Shown here piece by piece: positions 10,966 to 20,545 of a stretch of DNA of 64,000 bases. How positions within the stretch are numbered: position 1 is the first letter of the stretch; every line of letters starts with the position of its first letter. The stretch is from Kofleriaceae bacterium (GTDB lineage: Bacteria; Myxococcota_A; Polyangia; Haliangiales; Haliangiaceae), in NCBI GenBank assembly GCA_965215005.1, contig CBDCCZ010000006.1, positions 96,001 to 160,000 on the forward strand, given 5' to 3'. The position numbers and the translations under genes are program-made. Below the pieces are notes generated by a model. The model was not told the DNA's origin. It worked only from the letters and a program-made list of their open reading frames with translations, and did no database searches.

Positions 10966-12210
10966 CTACAAGAGTGGCGCAATGAAGAACTCGAGGGCGG
11001 CCGCGGCGCGGCGCAGCGCGTGGGTCACCGCGGCGCTGTCCGCGCCGTCGGCGAACACAAAGCCCATGTACGTGTTTCCTTCCGGCAGCGGCACGACGTG
11101 CTCCCCCAAACGCGCCGTGAGCACGACGTCGCGGATGAGCGGCATCACGGCCGCCGCGTCGATGCCGTCGATGCCGCGCAACACCCCGGCTTTCGGCACC
11201 GGCAGCATGTAAACGCCGCTGGCCCCGGAGCGCCGGCCCGCGAGAAGCTCGCCCACGTCGCGCCCAATGGCGTGGGCCAACAGGACCTCCGGCAGCGAAA
11301 CGCCCGCGAGCTCGAGAGTGCGGCCGCACAAGCCACCGATCGGCCGCGCCGCTAGCTCCAGGACCACCGGCTGCCCGCGATGCAGGCGCAGCTCGGCGTG
11401 AATGGGACCATTGACGACTCCAATGGCGCGGGCCGCCGCGGCCACCGCAGCAATGATCGCGGCTTGCTCGGGCGCGGAGCGCTGCGACGGCGTGACGTAG
11501 ATGGTTTCTGCGAACACCGGCCCCTCCAGCGGATCTGGTTTATCGAAGACGGCAATCGGCACCAGCCGCTCATGGTCTACCAGCGCCTCCACCGCGACCT
11601 CGTCGCCGTGCAAATATTCTTCGATCAAGATCAGCGCCGCGGCAGCTGGATTTTTGGCCTCGAGCTCTGGGTTTTCGAGCAGCTGACAGAGCCGCTGCAT
11701 GCGCGCCGCGAGCTCGCTGGAGTCATCAGCGCGCATCACGCCACGGCTGGCCGACAAATGCAGCGGCTTGATGACCACCGGAAAGCGCAGTGCCTCGGGC
11801 AAGCGACGGCTCTGACGCGGCACCACCGCAAACCGCGGCTGCGCGCATCCCGCTGCCGTGAGCGCCTGCCGCAGGCGCTGCTTATCGGCAGCCGCGCAGG
11901 TTGCCGCGACGGTGCCGTACCCGAGCCCCAACACCTCGGCGGCGCCAGCGGCGATGACTGCCGCATCCTCATCGAGGGCCAGAATTCCGGCCAGCGGTTT
12001 GGCGCTCGCGTGCTCGACGATCTGCTTCACGGCGCGCGTGGGATCGCGATAATCGAGCGGCCACGCGCCCTCGGGCCACAGCTCGGCCAGCTGATGACAG
12101 CGATCGGTGCCCACTGCCAATTCAATCTGCAACTGCGCCGCCGCACGTTCGAAGTCGCCAAGCGCATAGGCGCGCTTGGACGCGAGCAACAAAGCGACAG
12201 GCGCTGGCAT
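10966..12210 (-). CDS. ATP-grasp ligase (amino-acid-ligase-like)
   Basis: DKQRLRQAL, FPVVIKPLHLSASRGV, LIEEYLHGDEVAVE, HAELRL, LELAARPIGG. Start at MPAPVALL. Confidence 0.88.
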   Translation of the reverse strand: MPAPVALLLASKRAYALGDFERAAAQLQIELAVGTDRCHQLAELWPEGAWPLDYRDPTRAVKQIVEHASAKPLAGILALDEDAAVIAAGAAEVLGLGYGTVAATCAAADKQRLRQALTAAGCAQPRFAVVPRQSRRLPEALRFPVVIKPLHLSASRGVMRADDSSELAARMQRLCQLLENPELEAKNPAAAALILIEEYLHGDEVAVEALVDHERLVPIAVFDKPDPLEGPVFAETIYVTPSQRSAPEQAAIIAAVAAAARAIGVVNGPIHAELRLHRGQPVVLELAARPIGGLCGRTLELAGVSLPEVLLAHAIGRDVGELLAGRRSGASGVYMLPVPKAGVLRGIDGIDAAAVMPLIRDVVLTARLGEHVVPLPEGNTYMGFVFADGADSAAVTHALRRAAAALEFFIAPLL

Positions 12211-12236
12211 TGCCGCTGGTTTACCATCGCCGTTGC

Positions 12237-13319
12237 ATGCTGTCGCCCGGTGCCGAGTCGGTGGCGCTATTCCGGCAATTCCCAACGCTGTGCTCGCGTC
12301 TGCCGTGGGTGCATCTGGGCGCGTGGCCCACGCCGGTCGAGCCGCTGCGTCTGGCCAGCGGCTGCCAGCTGTGGGTCAAACGCGACGATGCCTGCAGCAG
12401 CCTCTACGGCGGCAACAAAGTGCGCACGCTGGAGGCAATGCTCGGCGTTGCCCGCGCATGCGGCGCGCAACGCATCTGGGCCACCGGCGCCTACGGCTCG
12501 AACCACGCGGTTGCAACCCTGGCGCACGCGCCCCGCGCCGGTCTGCAGGCCGGGGCCATCCTATTTCCGCAGCCAAGCTCGCCGCCGGCGCGTGCCAACC
12601 TCTCGGCCGCGCTCAGCCTTCGCCCTCACCTGCTCGCGCTCGCCAGCATTCTCGAGCTGCCCCTGGCCATGCATCGCGTTCGCCGAAATAGCCACGACTA
12701 CGTCATGCCTCCCGGTGGCGCCACGACCGAAGGCACCTTCGGCGCTCTCTCCGCGGCCTTCGAGCTCGCTACGCAGGTCGCCGCGCGCGAGTGCCCCCTG
12801 CCTCGTCGAGTCGTTATCGCGGTCGGCTCGACCTGCACCACGGCCGGTCTCCTTGCTGGACTTCACGCCGCTGCTCGCATGGGAGTGTGGCCGGGCGCGG
12901 TGCCCATCGTGCACAGCGTGCGGGTGACGCCGTGGCCAATCACCAGCCGCGCGCGCATCGCCTGGCTCGCGCAGCGCACGCTTCATCGACTCGAGCGGCT
13001 CGTCGGCGTCACGCTCGGTGTGAGCTACCGCGCCTTGCTGGCCAACCTCGTCGTCGATCGCCGCTTCATCGGCCGCGGCTACGGCCGTGCCACCCAAAGC
13101 GGTCGCCGCGCCCTCGCCCGGTTCGCCGACAGCGGCGCGCCCCCATTGGACTTGGTGTATTCGGCAAAATCCGCGGCCGCGCTACTCGCTTTGGCCAATC
13201 GCTCCCGCGGCCCACTCCTATATTGGGCAACCAAGTCGTCGGCCCCTCTGCCCATTGCAAGCGCCGCTGATGTCGCCGTCGCACCGGCGCGCGCCCGCCA
13301 TTGGCTCGAGCAGCCGTAG
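12237..13319 (+). CDS. PLP-dependent ACC deaminase / D-cysteine desulfhydrase family enzyme
   Basis: PTPVEPL, LWVKRDD, YGGNKVRTLE (PLP lysine), GAYGSNH, AVGSTCTTAG, LDLVYSAK. Confidence 0.85.
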   Translation: MLSPGAESVALFRQFPTLCSRLPWVHLGAWPTPVEPLRLASGCQLWVKRDDACSSLYGGNKVRTLEAMLGVARACGAQRIWATGAYGSNHAVATLAHAPRAGLQAGAILFPQPSSPPARANLSAALSLRPHLLALASILELPLAMHRVRRNSHDYVMPPGGATTEGTFGALSAAFELATQVAARECPLPRRVVIAVGSTCTTAGLLAGLHAAARMGVWPGAVPIVHSVRVTPWPITSRARIAWLAQRTLHRLERLVGVTLGVSYRALLANLVVDRRFIGRGYGRATQSGRRALARFADSGAPPLDLVYSAKSAAALLALANRSRGPLLYWATKSSAPLPIASAADVAVAPARARHWLEQP

Positions 13320-13431
13320 AGCGAGGGGCTGCGTGCGGCGGGCGCACTGGAGAAGCCACCGTTCGCGTCGCAGTGGAGCTCAACACCTGTCGGCTCGATC
13401 GCGCGCGCCGTCTTCGCAGGGCCTTGGCGGG

Positions 13432-13781
13432 CTCGAGCTGATCATGACGGCGCCTATGGTTGTCGCGAGCTGGATCACCCTGCAGTATTTAGGGCTCCAC
13501 CGTCGACCCCGGCATCTTCGGGTCGGGCAACAAAACCCTTCACAATGTCGTCGGAGGTAGTCTAGGTGTATCTCAACGTGATGATCGAAGCACCGGTCGA
13601 ACCCATGAGTACGATAATAGAGAAACACGATACCGTCCGACAGCTCGTCGACAATGGTTGGATTCACCTGTTCGCGATGGACGCGAACGGGCGCGTTAGC
13701 CACAAGCACGCCGGTGACTCGTCGTGGTCGGCCATCGAGCATCCCCTTCAGGAGAACCAGGCGTGCGCCCAGGTCTCGTAA
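13432..13781 (+). pseudogene. dabA: Degraded 3' fragment of a DabA/DUF2309 inorganic-carbon transporter subunit
   Basis: Three frames join into LELIMTAPMVVASWITLQY / GSTVDPGIFGSGNKTLHNVVGG / LNVMIEAP...VRQLVDNGWIHLFAMD, matching the C-terminal motifs I recall for DUF2309. Frame breaks lie near 13492 and 13571, and no N-terminal part was recognised. Confidence 0.75.
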
Positions 13782-14989
13782 AGCGCCTTGGAATCTTGGG
13801 AGGCGGGCAGTTGGCGAAGATGCTCGCAGAAGCGGCGCTGCGGCAGGGAATCGCGCCAACAGTGCTCGTGAGTGAGGCCTCCGACCCCGCGGCCATCGAC
13901 GGGGCCACCCTCATCGTCGGGTCGCTGGATGCGCCTGCCGCACTGTCTGAGCTGGCAGCTAGCTCAGACGTGCTCACGCTCGAGAACGAGTTCATGGACC
14001 TAGACCAACTGGGGCGAGTCCTAGAGCAACATTCTGGGACGGTATTGCGACCGGGCGTCGAAAGCATCGCTACCGCCCAGGACAAGCTTGCGCAGCGGGG
14101 ACTGTTTCAGCGTCTGGGAATTGCGACGGCGGAGTTCGATCTCGTCCGCGCTGACTCTCTAGCGAGCGATCTCCAGCGAGTGCGAAAACGCTTTCCGAAC
14201 GGGTTCGTGCTCAAGTGGTCGCGCTTTGGCTATGACGGCCGCGGCAACCTGTTGGTTCCTTCCGGTCGAGAGGTCCCGCTGGAAGAGCTGGAAGAGTTTT
14301 GCCGCCTTGGCGAAACCCGAGGAGCCACCATCTACGCGGAGCGGATGGTGGACTTCGAGTGCGAGCTAGCCATGGTGTCGACGCGCGCGGCCGATGGCGA
14401 TCAAGTCTATTACCCTCTCGTGATCAGTCGACAAGAGCGCGGCGTGTGCAGGGAAGTCTACGGCCCCGCATCGGCCGCCGGCTACGATGAAGACCTCGAA
14501 CGAGCCGCCCGCGCGACCATTCGCTCAATCGCCACCGAGCTCGACCTCACGGGCACCTTGGCAGTGGAGTTCTTCCTAGAGCGCGATGGGCGTCTTCTGG
14601 TGAACGAAATGGCTCCACGAGTGCATAACAGCGGGCACTACACGCTCTTTGGCCAAACCCCGAGCCAGTTCGACCTCCACGTACAAGCGGTGATCGGCGC
14701 GCCGTTGTCGAGACCGGAGCTGCGCGGCCTCGGCGTCATGCGAAACCTCTTGGGCCCGTGGACAACACCACAGAACGTTACTTGCACCGCCCCCGCCGAG
14801 GCGCCACCCGAAGGCACCACGTTGACGTGGTACGGCAAGCAGCAGGTGTCGCCCGGTCGTAAGATGGGTCATCTGAGCGGACGAGCTACCTCACTTCAAG
14901 CCGCAATGGACTTGCTGGAGGCCATGGCGAGCTATGAAGCGCGATTTTGGAGCACCGTGAGCAGCTCCAACGAGGAGACCTCGCCATGA
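13763..14989 (+). CDS. purK: N5-carboxyaminoimidazole ribonucleotide synthase
   Basis: [40 protein letters not shown]...GRKMGH. GTG start with a GGAG RBS; directly upstream of purE. Confidence 0.93.
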   Translation: MRPGLVKRLGILGGGQLAKMLAEAALRQGIAPTVLVSEASDPAAIDGATLIVGSLDAPAALSELAASSDVLTLENEFMDLDQLGRVLEQHSGTVLRPGVESIATAQDKLAQRGLFQRLGIATAEFDLVRADSLASDLQRVRKRFPNGFVLKWSRFGYDGRGNLLVPSGREVPLEELEEFCRLGETRGATIYAERMVDFECELAMVSTRAADGDQVYYPLVISRQERGVCREVYGPASAAGYDEDLERAARATIRSIATELDLTGTLAVEFFLERDGRLLVNEMAPRVHNSGHYTLFGQTPSQFDLHVQAVIGAPLSRPELRGLGVMRNLLGPWTTPQNVTCTAPAEAPPEGTTLTWYGKQQVSPGRKMGHLSGRATSLQAAMDLLEAMASYEARFWSTVSSSNEETSP

Positions 14990-15516
14990 CCATTGAGCCA
15001 CCCCGCGTAGCCATCATCATGGGCTCCGACTCCGACTGGCCAGTGATGAGAGCCGCCGCCGAAGCGCTGCGTGAGCTTGACGTGAGCTATGAGACAGCAG
15101 TGATCTCGGCTCACCGCATGCCGCAAGAGATGGCCGAGTTTGCCTCCAACGCAGCGGCCCGGGGCATCGCGGTGATCATCGCGGGTGCTGGCGGCGCGGC
15201 TCACCTGCCGGGAATGGTCGCGGCACACACCGAGCTGCCGGTGGTCGGAGTGCCCGTGCCGATTGGCCATCTACAGGGCATGGATGCGCTGCTATCTATC
15301 GTTCAGATGCCCAAAGGAGTTCCCGTTGCGAGCGTCGCCATCGGCGCGGCGTTTAACGCCGGTATATTGGCCGCGCAGATGCTTGCCTCTGGCGGCGTCG
15401 AGCCCGATCGGGCGCTATCGGAGCGGGTGCTAGCCTATAAGGCAAGACTGCGACAGGCCGCGGCCGCAAAGACGCTTCCGCCGATCTCGAGTGTCGAGGA
15501 GGACGCAACAGGATGA
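14986..15516 (+). CDS. purE: N5-CAIR mutase
   Basis: [47 protein letters not shown] overlap with purK. Confidence 0.96.
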   Translation: MTIEPPRVAIIMGSDSDWPVMRAAAEALRELDVSYETAVISAHRMPQEMAEFASNAAARGIAVIIAGAGGAAHLPGMVAAHTELPVVGVPVPIGHLQGMDALLSIVQMPKGVPVASVAIGAAFNAGILAAQMLASGGVEPDRALSERVLAYKARLRQAAAAKTLPPISSVEEDATG

Positions 15517-16412
15517 GACTGAGTCATCTGCGCGCACTCGAGGCCGAAGCCGTTCGCATCTTGCGTGAAGTGGCTGCCGAGTGCGAGCGTCCCGTGTTGC
15601 TCTTCAGCGGCGGGAAAGACTCGATTGCCCTCTTGCGCCTCGCAGTCAAAGCGTTTCGGCCAGCGCGGCTGCCCTTTCCGATCTTGCACGTCGACACAGG
15701 GCACAACTTCCCCGAGATCATCGAATTTCGTGACCGCCTGGTGGAAGCTCTGGGGGAAACGCTCATCGTCGCGAAGGTGCAAGATCGGATCGACCAAGGC
15801 TTACTGACCGATGAGACCGGCCCCGGAGCGAGTCGCAATCGACTCCAGATACCCGTGCTTCTCGAGGCGATCGCTACTCATCGGTTCGATGCTGCCATCG
15901 GCGGCGCTCGACGAGATGAGGAGAAAGCGAGGGCAAAGGAGCGGGTTTTTAGCCACCGGGATCGACATGGCCAGTGGGATCCTAAAAATCAACGCCCGGA
16001 GCTTTGGTCGCTCTACCACGGCAAACTTCGCCGAGGCGAGCACTTACGAGTCTTTCCGCTGAGCAACTGGACCGAGCTCGATGTCTGGGAATACATCGCC
16101 GCGGAAGAGATCGAAGTTCCCGAGTTGTATACCGCAAGAATCCGAACCGTGTTCGAACGAAGCGGTCTTCTCTACTGTCCTGCGCCGTTCGTCCACCGAC
16201 TGCCATCAGAGACTCTATTTGAGACAAAGGCTCGGTTTCGCACTGTTGGAGACATGACTTGCACCTGCGCAGTTCGGTCCCACGCCGAGACACTCGAGGA
16301 GATCATCGCCGAAGTGCGGTCCAGCCGGATCACCGAACGCGGCGCCACTCGTGCCGATGACCGTATGAGTGATGCAGCAATGGAAGACCGCAAGCGCGAG
16401 GGCTACTTCTAA
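15513..16412 (+). CDS. cysD: Sulfate adenylyltransferase subunit 2
   Basis: [59 protein letters not shown]. Confidence 0.96.
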   Translation: MRLSHLRALEAEAVRILREVAAECERPVLLFSGGKDSIALLRLAVKAFRPARLPFPILHVDTGHNFPEIIEFRDRLVEALGETLIVAKVQDRIDQGLLTDETGPGASRNRLQIPVLLEAIATHRFDAAIGGARRDEEKARAKERVFSHRDRHGQWDPKNQRPELWSLYHGKLRRGEHLRVFPLSNWTELDVWEYIAAEEIEVPELYTARIRTVFERSGLLYCPAPFVHRLPSETLFETKARFRTVGDMTCTCAVRSHAETLEEIIAEVRSSRITERGATRADDRMSDAAMEDRKREGYF

Positions 16413-16419
16413 ATCCGCC

Positions 16420-18474
16420 ATGACCACTTCTCCGCTAGACCCGAGCACTCAAGCTCCTGCGAGCCTGCCCGATCAGCTGCGGCTCGTCACCGCGGGAAGC
16501 GTGGACGATGGCAAATCCACGTTGATCGGTCGCCTGCTCTTCGACAGCAAGGCGATCTTCGACGATCAGTGGGAACAAGTTCGGGAGGTGAGCGCGCGCC
16601 GCGGAGACGAGCGCGTCGACCTGGCCCTCGTGACAGATGGTCTCCGCGCTGAGCGCGAGCAGGGCATCACCATCGACGTCGCGTATCGATACTTCTCGAC
16701 CTCCAAGCGCAAGTTCATCATCGCAGATGCGCCGGGGCACGTTCAGTACACGCGAAACATGGTCACCGGCGCGAGCACTGCCGATTTAGCGATCGTGATC
16801 ATTGACGCGCGCAACGGGTTCGTCGAACAGAGCAAGCGCCACATGTTCTTGGCGAGCTTGCTCGGAGTTCCCCATCTCGTAATTGCCGTAAACAAGATGG
16901 ATCTCGTCGGCTACTCGGAAGCTGTTTTCGAAAGGATCAAGCTAGACGTATCCTCATGGTCGGCAAAGCTCGAAGTGCGCGACCTCACGTTCATCCCGAT
17001 TAGCGCGGTAGTGGGCGACAACGTCATCGAGCGGAGCGCGAACATGCCCTGGTACGGTGGGAGTAATCTGCTGCACCACCTCGAGACCGTTCACATCGCG
17101 TCCGACCACAATCTGATCGATCTCCGATTTCCTGTGCAGTGGGTAATTCGCCCCCAGTCAGACGCCTACCGAGACTATCGCGGTTACGCCGGCGTAGTGG
17201 CTAGCGGCGTCATGCGACCGGGCGATGAAGTTGTCATCCTGCCAAGAGGAACCACCACCCGCATCACGCGAGTGGAAACATTCGATGGACCACTCGCCGA
17301 GGCATTTCCTCCAATGGCCGTCACGGTGCACTTGAAGGATGCAGTAGACGTGTCCCGCGGAGACATGCTGTGCAGACCGCAAAATCTACCGCATATTGGA
17401 ATGCGACTCGATGCCATGGTGGCTTGGATGAGCCGTAACCCTCTCTCTATTGGGAAAAGTTATGCCCTGAAGCAGGGCACCAGATGGACGAAGGCCACCG
17501 TATCGAGCATTCAGTACGAGCTCAACGTCAACACGCTGCATCGCGAAAGTGCGCAAACGCTGGCGCTCAATGGTATTGGTCGCGTTCAGCTGCAAGCCAC
17601 AGCACCCATTCCCTATGACGCCTACACGCGCAATCGCACGACGGGATCATTTATTCTGGTGGACGAGGCCTCCGGCGAAACTGTCGGCGCTGGAATGCTC
17701 CTTCAGCCACACACCGAAGAAGTCTTGGCGTTACCGGCTAGCGCGGAAACCGACAGGAGCGCAGGGGACGGTCGCCCTGGACTCTTCGTCACGGGTACTG
17801 ACACCGGAGTCGGAAAGACTGTGGTGAGTTGCGCTCTCGTCACAGCGCTCCGCAAGCAACAAGTTCGTGCCGTCGGCATGAAGCCCATCGCTTCCGGATG
17901 CGAAGCGACCCCCGAAGGACTGCGAAACGACGACGCAAGACTACTGCAGGCTGCCAGTGGAGTTAACGACTATGACCTCGTCAACCCCATTGCGTTCTTG
18001 CCGCCAATCGCGCCGCACATCGCGGCGGAACAAGTTGGGCAATCGATCTCGCTGGCCGCAATCGAGGTTGCCTTCCAGCGCCTCGCCGAGGATGCCGAAT
18101 TCATCGTCGTGGAGGGCGCAGGAGGCTACCGCGTGCCGCTTGCGACCGGCGGGCCGACCATCGCCGAGATTCCCAAGCGCTTGGGCCTCGGGGTGCTACT
18201 CGTCGTGGGCATCCGTGTTGGCTGTCTGAGCCACGCGATCTTGACCGCAGAGGCCATTCGCGCAGATGGATTAGAGCTCGTGGGATGGGTGGCGAACTGC
18301 CCAGACTCAACCGTTCTCGAAATAGACCGGCAAATCGCCACGCTCGCGGCCCACCTGGCCGCTCCGCTGCTGGGCGTCATCCCTTCACTAAAGCTCCGCG
18401 ACGAGAGAGACGCAAGCGTGGCGCATTCGTATCTGCACCTGCAACCGCTACTGTCGCGCCTAAAGGCGAAGTAA
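16420..18474 (+). CDS. cysN: Fusion of sulfate adenylyltransferase subunit 1 (CysN GTPase) and dethiobiotin synthetase (BioD)
   Basis: CysN part: GSVDDGKSTLIGRLL, EREQGITIDVAYRYF, DAPGH, NKMD, GSFILVD...TVGAGM (to ~17703). In frame BioD part: FVTGTDTGVGKT, MKPIASG, PIAPHIAA, VEGAGG, VGCLSHAILT (from ~17770). Confidence 0.9.
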   Translation: MTTSPLDPSTQAPASLPDQLRLVTAGSVDDGKSTLIGRLLFDSKAIFDDQWEQVREVSARRGDERVDLALVTDGLRAEREQGITIDVAYRYFSTSKRKFIIADAPGHVQYTRNMVTGASTADLAIVIIDARNGFVEQSKRHMFLASLLGVPHLVIAVNKMDLVGYSEAVFERIKLDVSSWSAKLEVRDLTFIPISAVVGDNVIERSANMPWYGGSNLLHHLETVHIASDHNLIDLRFPVQWVIRPQSDAYRDYRGYAGVVASGVMRPGDEVVILPRGTTTRITRVETFDGPLAEAFPPMAVTVHLKDAVDVSRGDMLCRPQNLPHIGMRLDAMVAWMSRNPLSIGKSYALKQGTRWTKATVSSIQYELNVNTLHRESAQTLALNGIGRVQLQATAPIPYDAYTRNRTTGSFILVDEASGETVGAGMLLQPHTEEVLALPASAETDRSAGDGRPGLFVTGTDTGVGKTVVSCALVTALRKQQVRAVGMKPIASGCEATPEGLRNDDARLLQAASGVNDYDLVNPIAFLPPIAPHIAAEQVGQSISLAAIEVAFQRLAEDAEFIVVEGAGGYRVPLATGGPTIAEIPKRLGLGVLLVVGIRVGCLSHAILTAEAIRADGLELVGWVANCPDSTVLEIDRQIATLAAHLAAPLLGVIPSLKLRDERDASVAHSYLHLQPLLSRLKAK

Positions 18475-18750
18475 GCCGCCTCGGAGGCTCCGTCCACCCT
18501 CCCCGCGAGTGGTGCACGAACCACGTTCTTCCGCGGCGTGAGAAGCGCTGGCACTCTGTGCGGGTGGATGAGCAGATGCTAACGAGCGCGAGAGGTTGGC
18601 TATTGCGGCGCCGGAGAGATCATCGACTAACGCGGCCGCTCGGCAGCGGCCTCGGTCGGCGCATCACGGGGTCGGCGAATCTTTGTAGTTGCGCGGCCGC
18701 CCAGAGGCGCTCGAGGAGGGCGCCGTCGAGGCGGCGCCACACCGCACTAC

Positions 18751-20196
18751 TTAGTTACAAATGCCTTCTGCAGAGTCGAAGCAGGCGCGCCCGCCTTGAT
18801 AGCAAACACAGGTGAATGCGCGATCGATGTTGCAGGTCTTCCTGAACGATGGGTAGTTGCCGCAAAGGGGCTCGCCATAGCGTTGCGTATCGGTGAGGCA
18901 GGTCTTGCCGCCGCCGCTACGAATGCAGGCTGCGATGGCTCGATAGTTATTCTTAAGGCCTGCCACGTTGCACTTGGTCGAGCCAAGCTTTGGCCCTTCG
19001 ACGGCGTGACGCTCGCAGCTACTACTCGTGACCTTCTGATAGATGGTCCAGACGTCTTTGCTAAAGAGCTCAAGGAGCTGATAGCGAATCGGGATCTGCC
19101 GTCCGAACAGCTTGAAGAAGTTCACGGCCGCGCCCACCGTTGCGTTGATGTTCACGCCCAGCTTGATGCCCACTTCCTGATTGGCTTGATGACGTCGCAA
19201 GAACAGGTTGGGGCCCGCATCTATATATAATCCGGCAACGCGAAACGGCGCGACGGTGACGCGGGGCTTGACGAATATCTTGCCCTCGAGCTGGAAATCA
19301 CTATCGGCAGTTATGCGTGGCGAGCCGCCGCGGCTTCGCGGCAGGTGCGCTCCGAGACGGGCCTGCCAGCCGCCGCCGCGGGTGTGGCTCGCCGAGCCTT
19401 CGATCCGCTCGCTGATCGTGACCGGCAGCGTCACCGCGATGTCGCCATCGTAGGTGGCCTGCACGCCAGCGATGAGCTCAACGGTGATGACCACGGGCAC
19501 CCATCCCGCAGAGACGACGAATTCACGCTTCATTCCCGGAATAGGTGTCTCGAAGCGCGAACTGGCTTTGCCGTGGGCTTCGAATACCAAGTCGAAGCGG
19601 GCGGCGATATCGATTGCATAGTCGGCGTGAAAATATTCATTCACCAGGTTCATCGACACCGCGATATCGGGTGTCACCGTGAGCTCGGCGTTGGCGACCG
19701 CAGCGCTTAGCGGTCCAACTTTGAGCAATGAGCGATCACCGAGGGGAAAGCGGATTCGCGGCCCGGCCCGCAGGTTGTTCAATGCAGGAGCGAAGCGCAC
19801 CGAGAAATCGAGCTCGGCGAACGCATCTTCCAGCGCAGCGGGCTCGGTTTTCACGATGATTGCATCATCATCCATAGGATCGATCGCAAGCACCCGACGG
19901 ATGCCGTCATCGGCGATCAAGATGGAGCCCAGCTGAATCGGCGACTCAGCTCCGTCATAGAGCAGCGTCATCGACTGGTCGGCAGCATCAAGTACTTCGA
20001 ATTCAGTCCCCGGTCCGACTCGCACTGCCTCCGGCTTGAGCTCTACCGAGCGCAGCTCCGAATCGACTGCCGTCGCGTCGAGCTCGCCCTCTGCGGGCGC
20101 TGTCGTGCATCCCGTGCCACCGACCAACATCGAGATCGCACCTAGAACCAAGGCTCTCCCAACACCAATGCCCCCGAGCTGCGCAGTTTCTGTCAT
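18751..20196 (-). CDS. Hypothetical lipoprotein with beta-rich core and Cys-rich C-terminus
   Basis: Hydrophobic N-terminus with a lipobox-like GTGC; 10 Cys in the last ~90 aa; no family recognised. Confidence 0.7.
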   Translation of the reverse strand: MTETAQLGGIGVGRALVLGAISMLVGGTGCTTAPAEGELDATAVDSELRSVELKPEAVRVGPGTEFEVLDAADQSMTLLYDGAESPIQLGSILIADDGIRRVLAIDPMDDDAIIVKTEPAALEDAFAELDFSVRFAPALNNLRAGPRIRFPLGDRSLLKVGPLSAAVANAELTVTPDIAVSMNLVNEYFHADYAIDIAARFDLVFEAHGKASSRFETPIPGMKREFVVSAGWVPVVITVELIAGVQATYDGDIAVTLPVTISERIEGSASHTRGGGWQARLGAHLPRSRGGSPRITADSDFQLEGKIFVKPRVTVAPFRVAGLYIDAGPNLFLRRHQANQEVGIKLGVNINATVGAAVNFFKLFGRQIPIRYQLLELFSKDVWTIYQKVTSSSCERHAVEGPKLGSTKCNVAGLKNNYRAIAACIRSGGGKTCLTDTQRYGEPLCGNYPSFRKTCNIDRAFTCVCYQGGRACFDSAEGICN

Positions 20197-20208
20197 GCGC
20201 ACAGCCTA

Positions 20209-20224
20209 AGCAACACCGATACCA
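20209..20224 (-). promoter_or_regulatory. Putative sigma-54 promoter
   Basis: Minus strand reads TGGTATCGGTGTTGCT (GG-N10-GC, TTGC), just upstream of the lipoprotein start. Confidence 0.55.
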
Positions 20225-20545
20225 TCGGGTCCAGAGCCAGAAATCCAGCCACACGACCCGGCGCAACGACCTCCGACCGCCCTGCGCTGGCCTGCAGCGG
20301 CTGCTAGAGCGCCAACCGCGGCCGAATCCGTCGCAGGCTACTGCAGTTGCCGGCACCTCTACATTGCACAGCATGGCCAGCGACTGCACACAACCAACAT
20401 CACTAGCGGATCATCCGCGTACATCTCCAAATGAGACATCGAAATGGTATTCGAGATTCGCCTGCCCTCGCCGCGCATTAGGCGGGCGAGATCGCGCCAT
20501 GCCTCCTGCGGCGGACGGCTATGTGACGGCTATGAGCCCGCGACT

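Noticed and set aside
11380..12927. 515-aa plus-strand ORF
   Set aside because: Overlaps the ATP-grasp and PLP genes, both with clear motifs, and has none itself.
18475..18750. Intergenic stretch examined for a precursor peptide, ncRNA or island boundary
   Set aside because: No convincing ORF, RNA motif or direct repeat could be supported by eye.
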